A stretch of DNA of 63,270 nt, the filler included, from Vannella sp. (taxonomy: Eukaryota), in assembly GCA_023345925.1 (NCBI GenBank). It is 7 parts of 7 records of this genome, joined end to end, with 100 filler letters (N's around TTAATTAATTAA, not from the genome) between each part and the next. Parts side by side here need not be neighbours in the genome. Positions count along the whole stretch, not along the records: positions 52,864 to 63,270 come from JAJQQN010000841.1; 6 more parts are not named here. One strand, given 5' to 3'. The position numbers and the translations under genes were made by a program. This document shows, piece after piece, positions 59,627 through 63,270 of the stretch (within the stretch, counting starts at the first letter, position 1; every line of letters starts with the position of its first letter). The notes under the pieces are model-generated. The model was not told the DNA's origin. It saw nothing but the letters and a program-made list of their open reading frames with translations, and searched no databases.

Positions 59627-62005
59627 TTAGTACAGGATGTTGTTGGTCATGTACTGGAAGCGGTCGTAGTAGCGAGTCCGCCAGTTGTCGTACGATTGCT
59701 CGGCCGTGTAGGTTAAGAACTCATCAATCTGCTTCTCGGTCATGTTCAGGTTGAATCGTTCTCGGAGAGTTTCCAGAGCATTGGGCGCTCCAGAGAAGCA
59801 AGGAAGCGTCGCATCTGTGGGACTGAGTCAGAGCCAAGTCATCTTTACCCGAGTGAATGAAACTTACCAATGGACATGATCTCCACCAGAGAAATGATTT
59901 TTTCGTGATGTTTACGGACTTCCAGATAGCCACAACGAAGAAGCCCCACAAAGTAAGAGTACGAGCTACTCTGAGGGCCTCCCATGAGTTCCATATAGTC
60001 CGGAGTGAATTTGAAAGGAACATTCTCCGCATTCATATTTCCCGGGCTATTGGTGAGTAAGAAGCCAAAATCAATGTGGATTAAGTGCCCATCAGCATCA
60101 ATCATGATGTTGCCATTGTGTCGGTCCTTAATCTGTAACAGATAAGCTACAATCGAGTAGCCAGCCAGACTCTCTACAAAGTTGCGCACGGCTAGCTTGT
60201 ACTCTCGACTGTCAGGATCACCATAGAACTGGTTAAAGTGATGTCGGAGTGATACACGTTCCGTGGTGGAATAGAACTTCTTCAAGCCATCCAAAGAGAT
60301 GGAATCCGTTAACGTTTCAATGATTCCCGAGTCAGGAGAGTTGACCAAAATGCGGTAAGGCCGCAAGAAGATGGGCAGGTTGGCGTCGTCAAAGATCTTC
60401 TTGAATTGGCCAATTAGTTGAAGGGCCAGATACTCCTGTTTACAGTCATCCCCGTATTTGATAATCACTGACCGCAAGTGCCAGCCTGGCAAGTGACCAT
60501 ACGGAGAAGTCTTACGAATGCGCTCTTGCTTCGCTGCGAAGGGCTCTCCAAAAGGAGAGTTCTTGTAAGAAATGCGATCCAGCGCCTCTTCTGGGTCTGC
60601 TGACGGGAGTGGCTTGACTTCTGATGTTCCACTAACTGATTTCTCGACCATGGCCTCTCGGATTTGGTGGACTTCGGTGTTCCAAACCTTTGCGACTTTG
60701 TGAACGGTCGGGGACGAGCAGTCCTCAATACTTTGGACAGCCTCGAACAGAAGAATGAATGGAACTCGCTCACGAGATTTGAGGACGATCATCTCCTCCG
60801 CTACCAGCTGTAACATGCAGTAGTGGCGAGTGTTCGCCTCCCACAGTGGCAAGTAAATCCCCACGTCCAGCTTCTTGTTGAGTACATGACACTCGTCTTT
60901 CAGTGCTTGCCCTGTCACCCTTTGTCAGATGATATTGGCATACACAAGGGAGCTACGAACGCCGAAGAGGAACAGGAACATGGCGGAGCTTCTCGCTGAT
61001 CTTGCCCAGGTCCTCTACAAAGTGAAGGACCTGGTAGAAGTACTCACAACGCCCCAGTTTGTCCAACGCCTGTATGGCGATCATATCGTGCACCTCATCA
61101 GGCTGGATATGAACAGGGAACTCCTCCACTTTGACTCCCTCGGACGGGTCATCGGACTGGTTCCGAGAGGAGGCGGGGGAATCGCTTGCTGGCTTTGTGT
61201 AGCTCTTCAGCGTCCCTTCAGTCTGCATGCGGCTGAGTTCAGAGGCGCTCTCGTAGCAGTGGTCCACGACGTGGAGGCTGGAGTGCTGCACTTGGTCGAG
61301 GTTCCCGTTGACTGTAGCGATCTCGCAGTGCGCCTGAAGGCTCTCTGACCGGGCGACTACCTGTGGCGCACCGCACATAGAGGAGGCAAAGAGCCAGTTG
61401 ACCTGCAAGGCAAAGTGGACGGACTGCTTGCATTTGTCCAGAATAAACCTCTCCAAGGCGTTGCTGGAGGGGAAGTGGGAGTGCACTAGCATGGTACTAA
61501 GAGAGAGAACATTAGCTACCGGTTTCACGAGGACAGGAGCTTACCAGAGCTCCACAAGGTAGAACTCCATGTCGGGATCGGGCATCTGGTACAGTTGGTT
61601 GCACAGGTAGTCATGAACACCTGCTCCTGGGTACCGAAAGAGGTAGCTTATACCGATCCATGAGTCAAAGAAGTCAGATTTGAAGAGTCGCAGCAAACTG
61701 TCGATGTTGAGAGACTCTTTGCGCGCTTGCGCAGCGGTGGGTTGTGCAGGCTCAACAGAAGCCCCTGTGTAATTACTCTTCGCCAACATCTCCTCTGCTC
61801 GTCGCTTGACTTGCGAAGCGTCCATCTCCTCTTGGATTTTGGCTTGATAGAGCTTGTATTCCGCTTCTTCCTCCTCCCCAAGGATCCCCTTCGAAGGGGT
61901 GGTCACAGGTTCACTCGTTCCCTCTTCCAGTGTTCCCTGTTGGCTTTGAGCATCGTTCTGAAGCTCAACAGAGACCTCGTTGATCCCGACGCCCTCGTCC
62001 TCCAT
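59627..62005 (-). CDS. PI4KB: phosphatidylinositol 4-kinase III beta (Pik1)
   Basis: LLRLFKSDFFD, LKSRERVP, IIKYGDDCKQE, LLQIKDRHNGN, IHIDFGF, YYDRFQYMTNNILY*. Confidence 0.95.
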
Positions 62006-62082
62006 CCAAACTAAAAAGAAACCTTTTAAAAGTCCATTATTTTATTGGTCAATGCCAAAGAAGTGATGATTTAGGCATTCTG

Positions 62083-63270
62083 ATGGAGGATCTTCGTCGG
62101 GTGTACCAAGAAGAGTACTCTCACAGCCCTTGGGCCTTCATGGCTGCTGCTTCTATTGTAGTAGCGGAATACAACCCGGCTTTGGTGAGGGAGAGGTCCT
62201 GTATCGGGAAATAGAGACTAACGGACGTGCGCCAGGCGGATATCTCCTTGCTCTTCAACGGTGTCAGCGAGTACCTCGCCTGCGTCATTGAGAACTCCGA
62301 TTCAGACCCTATGCTCGTATCTGAGACCCCTCTATCTTCACCTCCCACCCCCGACATTCGGCTTTCATCTTCTTTGGACGCCGAGTCTTCATTGGTTTTG
62401 TGTGAGGACCAGGACCAGTCCCCATCTTCAGCTTCCACAAGAGAGCAACTGTTGGGATCTTCTTTCGACCTAGGAGAGCTCGAAGATTCAGAGGAAGGGC
62501 TGGAGTTCGACCAAGAACTCGAACCGGAAGGAGTCTCTTCCTCCTTTGTGGTTCAATCCACCCCAGATGCAGACGGAGAGCTCAACGAACTCAGTGATGA
62601 TTCGTTTGACATCACAGACCCAGTGGATCCAGCACCCTCGCACCAATGGGCAATGTCCAAGCCTTCGCGCCCTCGTCCTGGATCAGACCTTCGCGACTCT
62701 CAGCTTACAGCGTTGCTCTTCCAACCACTTCAATCTCGGTCCTTCCAGAATGAGCCTGAATCAGAACCGTCTGCAAAGAGCGAGGGAGAAGCCCCTAAGT
62801 TCAAGTTGATCCGGTTTCTGAGGACGGTTACGAGCCAATCCACTCCAACACGAGGCAAAACAAGTAGAAGCACTCTAGGAACTAACACTAAAGAGTGGCT
62901 GGCCCCGTTCCGCTACTCAACGTTCGTGGACATTGGCGAAGACAACATTTGTACCGTCCACAACATTCGTAACCTCTCCTTTGATGAATGGATGCGCTGC
63001 TCCACGCTTCCCACTCCTTCTGTATCACCTTATCATGAGAATGCTCAGTATGACGTCACTCTCCTCAAAGACATTTGGATTGGATTCTCCCCTCAGAACA
63101 TGTGGATGACTTTCAGCTTCTATCCCAAGCCAGACGACACTGTTGGCCGTGCTGACACTAATGCTCTGAAGAGCAATGTGACAGTTCGCGAAGCAGCACC
63201 TTACGTGGACCGGGAATACAGGAGCATCGATAACTATGACTATCTTTGCCTGTCCATTGAGCACAAGCAG
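62083..63270 (+). CDS. hypothetical protein, runs off the window end (not in ORF track)
   Basis: Frame open from ATG 62083 (MEDLRRVYQEE) to 63270, with a likely in-frame GTGAGG..CCAG intron; acidic Ser/Pro region, then a globular region. Confidence 0.75.

Overview
Eukaryotic nuclear DNA from a compact protist genome. Genes use the standard code and have ~45-60 nt GT-AG introns with CTRAC/CTCAC-like branch points and very short intergenic spacers. The window is seven contigs joined by artificial 100-nt N/TTAATTAATTAA linkers, so adjacency across linkers is meaningless. Gene content suggests an amoebozoan, which is an inference: a Dictyostelium-type STAT, a protist-type GH25 lysozyme, a single-pass GPS-motif protein, RasGEF/RasGAP, COMMD10 and Hook. 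Most genes are housekeeping. The standout, missed by the ORF track, is a small ankyrin-repeat gene (10687-11760, +). Its first inter-repeat loop is encoded by nine consecutive 3-nt, one-codon, phase-0 exons (T,W,S,N,H,R,A,I,N), with a tenth (W) in the next loop. This is a candidate splicing-based combinatorial diversification system. Also notable: a Pro-Ser-stop uORF cassette and an intron-split ATG upstream of SAM decarboxylase, a 39-bp near-perfect hairpin (pre-miRNA candidate), telo-box-like promoter motifs, and a contig whose two ends carry complementary kinase halves. Gene models were spliced by hand, so some boundaries are approximate.
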